Counted from the stretch's first letter, positions 28,925 to 38,395 are shown. The stretch: 64,000 nucleotides of DNA from Pseudomonadota bacterium (GCA_005777235.1 SXND01000007.1:5694-69693); one strand, 5' to 3'. Numbers and translations are program-made. Notes: generated by a model from the sequence alone, not told the origin.

Positions 28925-29431
28925 ATGCCACAGATTACGCGTTTAGGTCACGTCGGTCTCTATTGTGATGACTTGTTAAAGATGCGCGACTTTTATGCAC
29001 GGGTGATGGGCCTGGCGATTACAGATGAAGACCTCGACCGGGGGATCTGTTTCTTCAGCGCTGACCCTGAAGCCGAGCACCATGAGCTGGCGCTCGCCCA
29101 GGCCAAAGAACCGGGACAAAAAACCCAGAGCGTGCAACAGGTCTCGTTCAAGGTCGGGAGCCTGGACGATGTCCGCAGCTTTTACCACCGTCTCCAGGAC
29201 GAGGGCCTGAAGATTGACCGCACAGTGACCCACGGCATTGCGTGTAGCGTGTATTTTTACGACCCAGAAGACAATCGCGTGGAACTGTATTACACTACAC
29301 CCTATAACGTGCGGCAACCCCTGGGGCAACACATCGATCTCGATGCCCCCGACGCCGAGTTATTGGCCTTCGCGCAGTCGTTTGAAGCCAGTATGGGACC
29401 AGCACGTGGCCCGCAGCAATCTGTCGGATAA
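28925..29431 (+). CDS. VOC/glyoxalase-family (extradiol dioxygenase-like) protein
   Basis: Contains ITRLGHVGLYCDDLLKMRDFYARVMGL, a typical VOC beta-alpha-beta-beta-beta module start. The start is taken at ATG 28925. Confidence 0.75.
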   Translation: MPQITRLGHVGLYCDDLLKMRDFYARVMGLAITDEDLDRGICFFSADPEAEHHELALAQAKEPGQKTQSVQQVSFKVGSLDDVRSFYHRLQDEGLKIDRTVTHGIACSVYFYDPEDNRVELYYTTPYNVRQPLGQHIDLDAPDAELLAFAQSFEASMGPARGPQQSVG

Positions 29432-29556
29432 GTCGCCTGACAGGCGGACACGATTGACGCCGGCCTTGTTCGCAGGCGGAGCCCATCGTGTCCGTACACG
29501 CGGGGCCCACATCACGCACAATCATACCTAGATCTACGTACTCATGAGGAGATGCC

Positions 29557-29898
29557 ATGTACGCCATTTTTGTGACCATTAAAGTGAAGCCCGGGTTTGC
29601 TGAGCAGTTTAAGGCGGCGAGTCTTGGCGATGCCCAGGGCTCCGTGCGGGACGAGCCGGGCTGTGTCCGGTTTGATATGCATCAGAGCACCACTGATCCC
29701 CATACCTTCCATCTCTACGAAGTCTACGAAAATCAAGACGCGCATATGAACGCGCACCGCAATGCTCCGCACTATCAGCAGTGGCGGGCGACGGTGCAAG
29801 ATTGGTTTGATGGCGAACCGCAGCGGGTCGCGATGACCTCGGTGTTCCCGTCCGATGCTGGCTGGCGGGCGCAGAAACCTGGGCTGCTCAACTGGTAA
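29557..29898 (+). CDS. antibiotic-biosynthesis-monooxygenase (ABM) domain protein
   Basis: 113-aa ORF. The pattern MYAIFVTIKVKPG...EPGCVRFDMHQ...FHLYEVYENQDAHMNAH is a typical ABM ferredoxin-like dimer pattern. Confidence 0.7.
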   Translation: MYAIFVTIKVKPGFAEQFKAASLGDAQGSVRDEPGCVRFDMHQSTTDPHTFHLYEVYENQDAHMNAHRNAPHYQQWRATVQDWFDGEPQRVAMTSVFPSDAGWRAQKPGLLNW

Positions 29899-29920
29899 GG
29901 TTAGAAGGAAATACAGCGTC

Positions 29921-30367
29921 ATGAGTGAGGCAACAGAGCGTGGTGTGCTCGTAGTAGACCTGGATGGCACGATCTGTGAGCATCGCTATCCCGCCTTTGG
30001 CGAACCGATTGCCGGAGCCAAAGAAGCCCTGCAACGTCTCAAAGCCGCTGGATTTCGGATTATTATCCATACGGTGCGCACCTCGGGCTCATTCCAGCCG
30101 CCGGAGGACGCGGTACCCGAGATCAACAGCCCCGAGGCGGTGCATGCCTTTTTGCAGCGTCACGCCATCCCCTATGACGAACTCTGGATGCACGATAAGC
30201 CACTCGCGGTGGCCTATATTGACGACCGCGGGCTGCGTCTGACCGGCAACCGCATGACCAGTAACTGGCACGAGGTCGCCGATGCCTTACTGCCGTGGGA
30301 AGTCCGCCCAACCGTGCTTCCCAAATGGCTCCTATGGTTGGTCAAAAAATGTACGGCGTGGAGTTAG
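29921..30367 (+). CDS. HAD-like phosphatase-fold protein (tentative)
   Basis: Contains the DxDGT nucleophile motif VVDLDGTIC. The start is taken at ATG 29921. Confidence 0.5.
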   Translation: MSEATERGVLVVDLDGTICEHRYPAFGEPIAGAKEALQRLKAAGFRIIIHTVRTSGSFQPPEDAVPEINSPEAVHAFLQRHAIPYDELWMHDKPLAVAYIDDRGLRLTGNRMTSNWHEVADALLPWEVRPTVLPKWLLWLVKKCTAWS

Positions 30368-30386
30368 AGGGACAGAGAGGGAGCCT

Positions 30387-30728
30387 ATGGCCATGTTTAC
30401 TTTGGATGAAGCACGCGCCTTACTCCCGCGTGTGCGGGAAATGACCCAGCATTCGTATGAACTCGTGGAAGAACTGCAAGCGCAATTGGGGGCCACGGAG
30501 CATCCGCGTGCAGTGCGACAACTGGAAGCCCGCGTGAACGAAGTCCTGCAAACATGGGCCGCCGCGGTGAAAGAGCTGGGCGTGGACGTCAAAGGGCTGT
30601 GGCTGGCAGATTTTGACTCGGGGGATGGGTATTACTACTGCTGGCAATTGGGCGAAGAGGACATCGAGCATTTCCATCGCTATGAAACAGGCTTTGCCGG
30701 GCGTCGTCCAATTACGCTCCTCGACTAG
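30387..30728 (+). CDS. DUF2203-like protein
   Basis: The sequence MAMFTLDEARALLPRVREM...LWLADFDSGDGYYYCWQLGEEDIEHFH matches my memory of DUF2203. Confidence 0.5.
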   Translation: MAMFTLDEARALLPRVREMTQHSYELVEELQAQLGATEHPRAVRQLEARVNEVLQTWAAAVKELGVDVKGLWLADFDSGDGYYYCWQLGEEDIEHFHRYETGFAGRRPITLLD

Positions 30729-30731
30729 GCC

Positions 30732-31799
30732 ATGAGACACGCCCTGGCACCCCTCAGGTGGCTACGATATTTCGTGCGTTGCGGTGTCCTGGGATGCTAC
30801 CTCGTGACCTGCAGCGGGTGCGGGGTGGGCTATCTCTGGCATGTGACCGTGGGACAAGCGATGTTGTTTGCACGCCAGCGCCCGGTGGAGGACGTGCTGC
30901 GCGCAGGCCAATTGTCGCTACAGGAGCAGCAGAAACTCCACCTGATCCAGGCCGTACGCCAGTTCGCCATCACCGACTTGGGCTTGTATGACAGCGCCAG
31001 CTACACGACGTTTGTGCAGCTGGATCGCCCCTACGTCAGCTATAACTTGTCGGCGGCACCTGCGGATGCTCTCACCCCATATGTCTGGCGTTTTCCTCTC
31101 CTGGGTACTCTGCCCTACAAAGGCTTTTTTGACCACGAGTATGCCCAACGTGAGCAACATCTCCTCGACGAGCAGGGCTATGACACCTATCTGCGTGGTG
31201 TCCGTGCGTATAGCACGCTCGGCTATTTTGATGATCCAATTCTCTCAAGTATGCTGGCCTACGATGACGCCTGGTTAATCAATACCATCATCCATGAAAT
31301 GCTGCACCAGACCGTCTGGATCAAAGGCAGTGTCAGTTTTAACGAAAGTTTGGCCAGTTTTATCGGGGAACATGGGGCCGTACGCTATCTGACGCAGCGG
31401 GATGGGGCCGACAGTGCTGTAGTGCAGCAGTACCGGGCCGTCCAGGCCGATGCCTTGGTGTTTGCCGAGTATATGCGCGGACTCATCGAACGCCTCGAAG
31501 CGATGTATGCGGAACCGCTATCGCGTGAGGACAAGCTGCGCCGCAAGGCGGACATCTTGGCGGCAGCGGTGGCCGAGTATCCCCAGGTGTTTCCACGTCT
31601 GCAGACCATGAGCTACCGGCAGTTTTTCGAGCGCCAGCCCTTAAATAATGCGGTACTGCTGGCGTTCCGCGTGTATCATCGGGATACGACGTATTTTGAG
31701 CGCCTCTTCGCCGAACACGGCGGCGATGTACGACGCCTGATTGCCTATTTCAAGACCGTGCGTGCCGAGGAGATCCCGGCGCAGTTTCGCACACGCTAG
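30732..31799 (+). CDS. predicted zinc aminopeptidase (DUF2265-type)
   Basis: It has a signal/anchor and a lipobox-like LVTCSGC. It contains the HExxH motif IIHEMLHQ. Confidence 0.6.
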   Translation: MRHALAPLRWLRYFVRCGVLGCYLVTCSGCGVGYLWHVTVGQAMLFARQRPVEDVLRAGQLSLQEQQKLHLIQAVRQFAITDLGLYDSASYTTFVQLDRPYVSYNLSAAPADALTPYVWRFPLLGTLPYKGFFDHEYAQREQHLLDEQGYDTYLRGVRAYSTLGYFDDPILSSMLAYDDAWLINTIIHEMLHQTVWIKGSVSFNESLASFIGEHGAVRYLTQRDGADSAVVQQYRAVQADALVFAEYMRGLIERLEAMYAEPLSREDKLRRKADILAAAVAEYPQVFPRLQTMSYRQFFERQPLNNAVLLAFRVYHRDTTYFERLFAEHGGDVRRLIAYFKTVRAEEIPAQFRTR

Positions 31800-31871
31800 G
31801 GGCCACTCCCAGACGTCAAGCGTCAGCTGGACTGGGGGCGCAGGGGGCGTGGCAGTTTTCCACACAGGAGT

Positions 31872-32819
31872 ATGAGATTGCGCACAGTGTATCGTATCAT
31901 CGGTCTCCTTGTCTTGCTTCTCGGCTCGCTGGGCATCTGGGAGAGTCTCGGCGCCCAGGAAGAACGGGCCATCCGACGCATTGTGGTGGCTGAGAGGGAG
32001 GCGGCGGAGGCGATCCGCCAGCAAGTGCAGCAAGGGGCGTCGTTTAGCGCCCTGGCGCGGGCCAAGTCCCAAGGGGCGGAATACACTCAGTGGGGCTATA
32101 GCGGCATTGTCCAGGTCAACGAAGTGCAACCGGCCATGCGTACGGCATTACTGCAACTGCAAGAAGGCCAAATCAGCGACGTCCTGCCACTCGATGGGCA
32201 GTTCGTGCTGCTCAAAGTCATCTCGCCGAAAATTCCGCGGCACTTGGAGGCCGCAGAACGGGCCGAGAACGCCAAACAGCTCCCACAGGCCCTGCAGGAA
32301 ATCCAGAGTGCCCTGAAATTGGAAGCAGACAATGTGCAGGCGTATATCAAGTTGGGCCTCGTGTACCAGGGCATGAAGCAATTTGACGAGGCCATCCGGT
32401 CGTTTGACAAAGCGCGGCAGTACGCGCCGCAGGAAGCCCAAGTCGCCCTGCTCGCCGCCACAGCCCTCATGCATGCCGCCGTCGACAGCCGCAAGGCCGC
32501 CCAGGTGGAGCAAGCGCTGGCGGCATTCCAACAGGTGGTGCAACTGGATAGCCGCTATGCGCCCTCAGCAGATTTTGGCATCGGCAAGCTCTATCTGCTG
32601 GCCCTGCGGCAGCCTGCCAAAGCGGTGAGCTATTTAGAAAAAGCCGCTGAGGCGGTCCCGAGTGTGCCGGACGTGCATCGCTTACTCATTCAGGCCTACT
32701 ACGACACCCAGCGCTACGAGCAAGCCTGGCAGAGCATGCGGCGGGCCCAAGATCTGGGCTTTGACTTTCCGGATTTACTGGCAGTGCTGCATAAGGTGAA
32801 GCAGCACAGTCAACGGTGA
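31872..32819 (+). CDS. PpiC-type peptidyl-prolyl isomerase domain plus TPR repeats
   Basis: It has an N-terminal signal. The parvulin-like segment is SFSALARAKSQGAE...GQISDVLPLDGQFVLLKV. The C-terminal TPR units include AYIKLGLVYQGMKQFDEAIRSFDKA. Confidence 0.7.
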   Translation: MRLRTVYRIIGLLVLLLGSLGIWESLGAQEERAIRRIVVAEREAAEAIRQQVQQGASFSALARAKSQGAEYTQWGYSGIVQVNEVQPAMRTALLQLQEGQISDVLPLDGQFVLLKVISPKIPRHLEAAERAENAKQLPQALQEIQSALKLEADNVQAYIKLGLVYQGMKQFDEAIRSFDKARQYAPQEAQVALLAATALMHAAVDSRKAAQVEQALAAFQQVVQLDSRYAPSADFGIGKLYLLALRQPAKAVSYLEKAAEAVPSVPDVHRLLIQAYYDTQRYEQAWQSMRRAQDLGFDFPDLLAVLHKVKQHSQR

Positions 32820-33262
32820 CGGGGGGAGGAGGCGAGCACATGGCCCAGGAACAGCGCGGAGCAGGGGCAACCTTAACGGTGAGTGCCAAAATTGGTGGCG
32901 CCTCCATGGTGCTGGGGCTGGTGAGCGTGGCGCATGCCATGTCGCATGCCTATGGGGCCCTGTTACCCTTGATTCTGCCGTCGCTCCAGCAGGAGTTGGG
33001 GCTGACGGAGATTACGGGGTACTCGGAGGGCGCGGTGATGCAGACGGCCCTGGCGGATGTCGCTGGCAAGGCCTCTATCGCAATGCTGTTCGGGCTCTAC
33101 TTTACGATTGGCGCCACCATTGGGGCACCGTGGGCACTGCTCCTGGGGATACTGGTGGACGCCTATGGCTTCCCAGCCGCCTTTGCCGCTATGGGCCTGT
33201 CCCAGATTGTGGCGGGGCTCTGTATCCTGCCCGTGCGTCTGCGCACTGCACGGACGGCATAG
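32816..33262 (+). CDS. small membrane protein resembling the fused N- and C-terminal ends of an MFS transporter (possible deletion remnant)
   Basis: 148-aa ORF. LVSVAHAMSHAYGALLPLILPSLQQELGL looks like MFS TM1 plus loop. It is followed directly by LFGLYFTIGATIGAPWALLLGILVDAYGFPAAFAAMGLSQIVAGLCILPV, which looks like the last MFS helices. Confidence 0.4.
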   Translation: MTGGGGEHMAQEQRGAGATLTVSAKIGGASMVLGLVSVAHAMSHAYGALLPLILPSLQQELGLTEITGYSEGAVMQTALADVAGKASIAMLFGLYFTIGATIGAPWALLLGILVDAYGFPAAFAAMGLSQIVAGLCILPVRLRTARTA

Positions 33263-33307
33263 GCGTACTCTCGTAGCACACGCTGCTCTAGAAGGAGCTC
33301 CCACCCT

Positions 33308-33919
33308 ATGGCATCCCCTGATCTGCCCGATGAGGCGGCCATCACCCGCACTGTCACCGCGTTACAGGCGCGCAATATCCACGTCATCGTCACCACGACG
33401 GGCGCGGAAGCATGCCAGGCGGTGCTCGCCTTGCTCCCAGACGGAGCAGAGATCTGTGACAACACGTCGGAGACCCTGGATGCGATAGGCTTTACCGCCT
33501 GTGTCCGTGGGAATCCACGCTACCGCAATCTCCACGAGGCGTACGAAGCGGAGTCTGACCCGGTGCGGCGCAATGAACTCCGGCGCCGCCGGGCTTCGAT
33601 AGCTGAGTATGTCATCGGCAGTGTGCAGGCCGTTGCGGAAACCGGGGAGATTTTTATTTCGAGCTCCTCCGGGAGTCAGTTGGCACCGTACGTCTATGCC
33701 GCCAAGCGCGTCATCCTGGTCGTGGGGGCGCAGAAAATTGCTCCCACCTTTGCCGACGCCATGCAACGCGTGCGCGGCCACACGCTGCGGCGGCACGACC
33801 AGTGGCTGGCGGGCATGGGCCGGGCGCCCACCCCGATTGGCAAGCTGGGCATTATTGAGCACGAGAGCCAGGCTGGCCGCATCACCGTGGTCTTGGTGCG
33901 GGCCGCTCTCGGGTGGTAA
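33308..33919 (+). CDS. LUD-domain (DUF162, lactate-utilization LutC-like) protein
   Basis: The pattern GSVQAVAETGEIFISSSSGSQ...KRVILVVGAQKI is characteristic of LUD domains. Confidence 0.55.
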   Translation: MASPDLPDEAAITRTVTALQARNIHVIVTTTGAEACQAVLALLPDGAEICDNTSETLDAIGFTACVRGNPRYRNLHEAYEAESDPVRRNELRRRRASIAEYVIGSVQAVAETGEIFISSSSGSQLAPYVYAAKRVILVVGAQKIAPTFADAMQRVRGHTLRRHDQWLAGMGRAPTPIGKLGIIEHESQAGRITVVLVRAALGW

Positions 33920-34704
33920 CCGCCCCTGCGCGCGATCCGCACGCCCCCACCGCGCTGCTCAGCGTCGAGCATGTCAGCAAACGTTTTGGCGGGGTCGTTG
34001 CCGTGCACGACTGCTCTCTGCGCGTACAGTCGGGCACCATTACGGGCCTCATCGGGCCGAATGGCGCCGGAAAAACCACCCTCTTCAACATGATCGCGGG
34101 GGTGTATCGCCCCGACACGGGGCGCATCTGGTATGCCGGGGTGCGTCTGGATGGCCTCTCGCCATCCCAGATCGCTCGGCGTCACATTGCCCGGACCTTT
34201 CAGATAGCCCGGGTGCTGAAGCGCTTGACCGTGCTGGAAAATTTGCTCGTGGTGCCGCAGCAACAGGCCGGCGAGCGCCTGCGGTCGGCGTGGTTCCAGC
34301 CACGGCGTGTGGCGGCGCAGGAACGCGCCCACCGCACCCGCGCCGAGGACATCTTACAGCGCGTGCAGCTGGCGACGCTGCGCCATGCCTATGCTGAGCA
34401 TCTCTCTGGCGGCCAAAAAAAACTGCTCGAACTGGCGCGTGTCATGATGTCGGACGCCACGCTGATTTTGCTCGATGAGCCGGGAGCCGGGGTCAATCCC
34501 ACCCTGATGCGCGAGTTGGTGCAGCACCTCCGCCAGCTCCAGGCCACGGGGCGGACCTTCTTGCTGATTGAGCACAATATGGCCCTGGTGCAGGAGCTGT
34601 GCAACCCGGTCATAGTGATGAGCCAGGGCTGCACGCTGATGGAGGGCACACCTCAGGAGGTGCGCGACGATCCCCGCGTTATTGAAGCCTATCTGGGGAC
34701 CTAA
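33913..34704 (+). CDS. livG: branched-chain amino acid ABC transporter ATP-binding protein (LivG type)
   Basis: Contains Walker A GPNGAGKTT, the signature LSGGQKKLLELAR and Walker B LILLDEP. The C-terminal end RVIEAYLG is LivG-like. Confidence 0.85.
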   Translation: MVTAPARDPHAPTALLSVEHVSKRFGGVVAVHDCSLRVQSGTITGLIGPNGAGKTTLFNMIAGVYRPDTGRIWYAGVRLDGLSPSQIARRHIARTFQIARVLKRLTVLENLLVVPQQQAGERLRSAWFQPRRVAAQERAHRTRAEDILQRVQLATLRHAYAEHLSGGQKKLLELARVMMSDATLILLDEPGAGVNPTLMRELVQHLRQLQATGRTFLLIEHNMALVQELCNPVIVMSQGCTLMEGTPQEVRDDPRVIEAYLGT

Positions 34705-34708
34705 GACT

Positions 34709-35416
34709 ATGGCTCTGCTGGACATCCAACATCTCACCGTGGGTTATGGCGGGCTACCGATTCTGCATGGCGTGACGCTGCGGGTCGAGCCCCAGGAAAT
34801 GGTCGTCATTGTCGGGCCCAATGGCGCCGGGAAATCCACCCTGCTGAAGACCATTGCCGGCCTGTTACGTCCGCAGGAGGGCACGCTGCGCTTTAACGGC
34901 CAGGATCTCACGCGGCTGCGCCCGCATCGCATGGTGCACGCCGGGGTGTGTTATGTACCGCAAGTGGAGAACGTCTTCCCCTCGTTGAGCGTCGACGACA
35001 ATCTCGCGATGGGGGCGTTTGTGCGCACGGGAGACATCCGGGCGCACAAAGACGCCATGTATAGCCTGTTCCCAGACTTGCGTGACAAGCGCCGCCTCCG
35101 CGCTGGGGCGCTGAGTGGTGGCCAGCGCCAGATGGTGGCGATGGCCCGGGCGCTGATGCTGCATCCCACCCTGCTCCTGCTGGACGAGCCTACCGCTGGC
35201 TTGTCGCCACTGATGGTCGGGATCATGCTGGAAAAATTGCGCGATATTCAGCGCACCGGGGTGGCCCTGCTCATCGTCGAGCAGAATGCCCGCCAGGCGC
35301 TACAACGGGCCCAGCGCGGGTATGTGCTGGCCATGGGACAGAATCGTTACGAGGACACCGGCCCGGCGCTGCTCGCTCACCCGGACATGGGCGCCTTGTT
35401 CCTGGGCAACGCGTAG
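34709..35416 (+). CDS. livF: branched-chain amino acid ABC transporter ATP-binding protein (LivF type)
   Basis: Contains Walker A GPNGAGKST, the signature LSGGQRQMVAMARAL and Walker B LLLLDEP. The start is taken at ATG 34709. Confidence 0.85.
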   Translation: MALLDIQHLTVGYGGLPILHGVTLRVEPQEMVVIVGPNGAGKSTLLKTIAGLLRPQEGTLRFNGQDLTRLRPHRMVHAGVCYVPQVENVFPSLSVDDNLAMGAFVRTGDIRAHKDAMYSLFPDLRDKRRLRAGALSGGQRQMVAMARALMLHPTLLLLDEPTAGLSPLMVGIMLEKLRDIQRTGVALLIVEQNARQALQRAQRGYVLAMGQNRYEDTGPALLAHPDMGALFLGNA

Positions 35417-35492
35417 CCAGCGCGTGCGGCACCCTCCCTGCCATCAACTAGACTGCATACTGACCACACGGCACGCCGCGAGCGCCATCGTA

Positions 35493-35538
35493 GGACATGG
35501 TGTCAGACTTGTGGCGTGCGAGAATGGACATGATGTCA
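35493..35538. promoter_or_regulatory. two copies of the operator-like palindrome GGACATGrTGTCA, 33 nt apart
   Basis: The copies are 35493-35505 (ggacatggtgtca) and 35526-35538 (ggacatgatgtca). The core GACAT-N-ATGTC is palindromic. They lie 150-195 nt upstream of the GNAT/ACS start codon. Confidence 0.3.
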
Positions 35539-35686
35539 CATATCCTTCTGGGGTCGCTAAAGCGGTGTCTGCCATCGTAGGGCACTACACACGGCATGCT
35601 TCTTGCTGACATCCTTGGCAGCGCCTGACTTGACATCGGTTGGCTGTGCCGCCCTGGCATCCGCACGTTCGTACAGGAGAGACCCC

Positions 35687-38395
35687 ATGCCCATCCAGGA
35701 ACCGCGCCATTACCGCATCAGCGCTTTGCTGCGCGATGGCGGCTCAGTCTGTGTACGCGCTGTCCAACCCGATGATAAAGCGCGTGTCCTGGCGCTGTTC
35801 GACCAGTTGAGCAGTCGCTCGGTGTATTACCGCTTTTTTCAAACCAAACAACGCCTCACCGACGCAGAACTGCGCTATTTCACCGAGCTCGATTTCGTGC
35901 GCCATGTCGCCCTGGTCGCGACCCTTGACGATGACGACGCCGAGCAGATCATCGGCATGGGGCACTACATTGGACTCAGCGAAGACGGGCGCCCAGTGCC
36001 ACGTGCCGAGGTGGCGTTTGAGGTCGCCGAGCCGTATCAAGGCCGTGGCGTTGGCACCCTGCTCCTCGAACACCTGGCCATACTCGCACGGGCCAACGGC
36101 ATCGAGACCTTTGAAGCGCAGGTTCTGGGCGAAAACAACCGCATGTTGCAGGTTTTTGACACGAGCGGCTTTACGGTCCAGCGCGCCCTGGCCAGCGGGG
36201 TGTTTCACGTATCCTTCCCGACCATGGACACCGAGCAGGTGCGCGCCGCCAGCACCGAGCGTGAACGCCTGGCCGCGGCGCAGAGCGTGCAGGCCTGGCT
36301 CAATCCCCGCTCCGTGGCGGTAGTGGGGGCTTCGCAGCGCCCTGGCGCGGTGGGCAGCGCGCTGCTCACCAATCTCCAGCACGGGGGATTCCGCGGCCCG
36401 ATCTATCCCGTCAATCCGCAAGCCACGCTGGTGCACGGTCTCCCGGCCTTCCCAACCGTCAGCGCCATTGGTGCCCCAGTGGATCTCGCCCTGATTGCCG
36501 TGCCAGCCGCCGCCGTCGAAGCCGTGGTGGCGGACTGCGCCAGGGCTGGGGTGCATGGCGTGGTGGTGATTTCGTCGGGTTTTGCCGAAGCCTCGGCTGT
36601 CGGACGCGAGACCGAGCAGCGCCTGCGCGCCATGGTGCGTGCGGCGGGCATGCGTCTGGTCGGCCCCAATTGCATGGGCGTGCTCAATACCGATCCGCAG
36701 ATCCTCCTGAATGCCACGTTCACCACACCCGACTTTCCCCCAGCCGGCAATATCGGCATGTTGTCCCAGAGTGGAGCGCTTGGGCTGGCCATGCTGGATT
36801 ATGTGCAGAGCCTGCGGGTGGGCATCTCGACCTTTGTCTCGGTGGGCAATAAGGCGGACATCTCCAGTAACGACCTGCTGGCGTACTGGGCCGATGACCC
36901 ACGCACCGACGTCATCGTGCTGTACCTGGAAAGTTTTGGCAATCCACGCCGCTTTGCCCGCCTGGCCCCCACGGTAGCACGCCGCAAGCCGATTATTGCG
37001 GTGAAATCTGGGCGCTCGACTGCCGGCAGTCGCGCCGCGGCAAGCCATTCGGCGTCGTTAGCCACTAATGATACTGCCGTCGAGGCTCTGTTCGAGCAAG
37101 CGGGTGTCGTGCGCGCCAACACGTTACAAGAGCTGTTCGATGTCGCGGTGTTACTCGCGACCCAACCTCTGCCGCCTGGCGCGCGCGTCGGGGTGGTGAC
37201 CAACGCCGGCGGGCCGGGCATTTTACTGGCCGACATGGGGGAAACACACGGACTGACCATCCCAGAGTTAGCGTCCGAGACGCAGGCCACGCTGCGCGCC
37301 TTCCTGCCACCGCAGGCTGGACTGGCCAATCCGGTGGATATGATTGCCTCGGCCACGCCGGAGCACTATAGGCGTACGATCGAGGCCGTGGGCGCTGATG
37401 CCCACGTCGATGCCGTGGTGGTGATCTATATTCCGCCGCTGGTCACGGACCCAGGCGAGATTGCCCAGGCCATTGCCGTCGGTGCCGGGAACATGCCGGT
37501 CTCCAAGCCCGTGTTGACGGTGTTTATGTCCTCGCAGGGTGCCCCGGCGGTGTTGCACACCGGACCGCGAGGGGCCTTACCCACGTACATGTTTCCCGAA
37601 AATGCCGCCTTAGCCCTCGCGGCCGCGGTGCGCTATGGGCGTTGGCGCGCCCGTCCCATGGGCACGCTGCAGCATCTGTCGCCGTTTGCCCATAGTGCCG
37701 TGCGCGCCGTGATTGATCGGGTGCTGGCAGACACGCACGGCTCGGTCTGGCTCCAACCGGATGACGTGGCGACGGTGCTCCAGGCCGCCGGGATTCCCAT
37801 GGCGCAGGCCGTGCAGACCACGCCAGAGGCGGCAGTGGCCACCGCGGAACGTCTGGGTTATCCCCTAGTGGCCAAGATCGTCAGCCCGGATGTGCTGCAT
37901 AAAAGCGATGTCGGTGGGGTCATCATGGGCCTGGAGACCCCCGACGCGGTGGCCACGGCGGTCACGACGCTGGTGGAGCGCCTGCGCCAGATCGGTGCCC
38001 GCCTGGATGGTATTCTGCTACAACGGCAGGTAGCCAGTGGTCTCGAAGCCCTGGTCGGCGTGACCACAGACCCGCTGTTTGGCCCCTTGCTGGTCTGTGG
38101 ACTGGGGGGAACGCTGGTGGAAGTGCTGCACGACGTCACGTTTCGCCTCACCCCGGTGAGCGATCTCGATGCGGCGGAGATGTTGACTACACTACGGGCA
38201 AACGTGCTGCTCGACGGCTACCGTGGGGCGCCGCCCGGTGACCGGGCGGCGTTAATCAACGTGATACTCCGTGTCTCCGCCCTCGTGGAGAGTGTCCCCG
38301 AGTTACAGGAGCTGGATCTCAACCCTGTGAAAATCCTAGCGCCCGGCGCTGGCGCCATCGCCCTGGATGGACGGATGCGCCTGGCATCACGCTGA
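35687..38395 (+). CDS. GNAT acetyltransferase fused to an ADP-forming acyl-CoA synthetase-like module (Pat-type, GNAT at the N-terminus)
   Basis: The N-terminal GNAT domain contains QGRGVGTLLLEHL. The CoA-binding domain follows (PRSVAVVGAS...), then succinyl-CoA-synthetase-like and ATP-grasp domains (YPLVAKIVSPDVLHKSDVGGV). The ATG at 35687 is preceded by AGGAGA. Confidence 0.85.
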   Translation: MPIQEPRHYRISALLRDGGSVCVRAVQPDDKARVLALFDQLSSRSVYYRFFQTKQRLTDAELRYFTELDFVRHVALVATLDDDDAEQIIGMGHYIGLSEDGRPVPRAEVAFEVAEPYQGRGVGTLLLEHLAILARANGIETFEAQVLGENNRMLQVFDTSGFTVQRALASGVFHVSFPTMDTEQVRAASTERERLAAAQSVQAWLNPRSVAVVGASQRPGAVGSALLTNLQHGGFRGPIYPVNPQATLVHGLPAFPTVSAIGAPVDLALIAVPAAAVEAVVADCARAGVHGVVVISSGFAEASAVGRETEQRLRAMVRAAGMRLVGPNCMGVLNTDPQILLNATFTTPDFPPAGNIGMLSQSGALGLAMLDYVQSLRVGISTFVSVGNKADISSNDLLAYWADDPRTDVIVLYLESFGNPRRFARLAPTVARRKPIIAVKSGRSTAGSRAAASHSASLATNDTAVEALFEQAGVVRANTLQELFDVAVLLATQPLPPGARVGVVTNAGGPGILLADMGETHGLTIPELASETQATLRAFLPPQAGLANPVDMIASATPEHYRRTIEAVGADAHVDAVVVIYIPPLVTDPGEIAQAIAVGAGNMPVSKPVLTVFMSSQGAPAVLHTGPRGALPTYMFPENAALALAAAVRYGRWRARPMGTLQHLSPFAHSAVRAVIDRVLADTHGSVWLQPDDVATVLQAAGIPMAQAVQTTPEAAVATAERLGYPLVAKIVSPDVLHKSDVGGVIMGLETPDAVATAVTTLVERLRQIGARLDGILLQRQVASGLEALVGVTTDPLFGPLLVCGLGGTLVEVLHDVTFRLTPVSDLDAAEMLTTLRANVLLDGYRGAPPGDRAALINVILRVSALVESVPELQELDLNPVKILAPGAGAIALDGRMRLASR

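Noticed and set aside
35744-37048. Long antisense ORFs opposite well-supported genes. Examples are 35744-37048, 38678-39841, 45121-46047, 40925-41653, 23918-24613, 20271-20906, 26342-26965, 22668-23324, 33694-34332, 56477-57223, 48233-48850 and 49777-50424.
   Set aside because: Each lies antisense or out of frame to a gene with clear family motifs. Their translations are Arg/Pro/Gly/Ala-rich low-information sequence, typical of open frames in GC-rich DNA, and none carries a recognisable motif.
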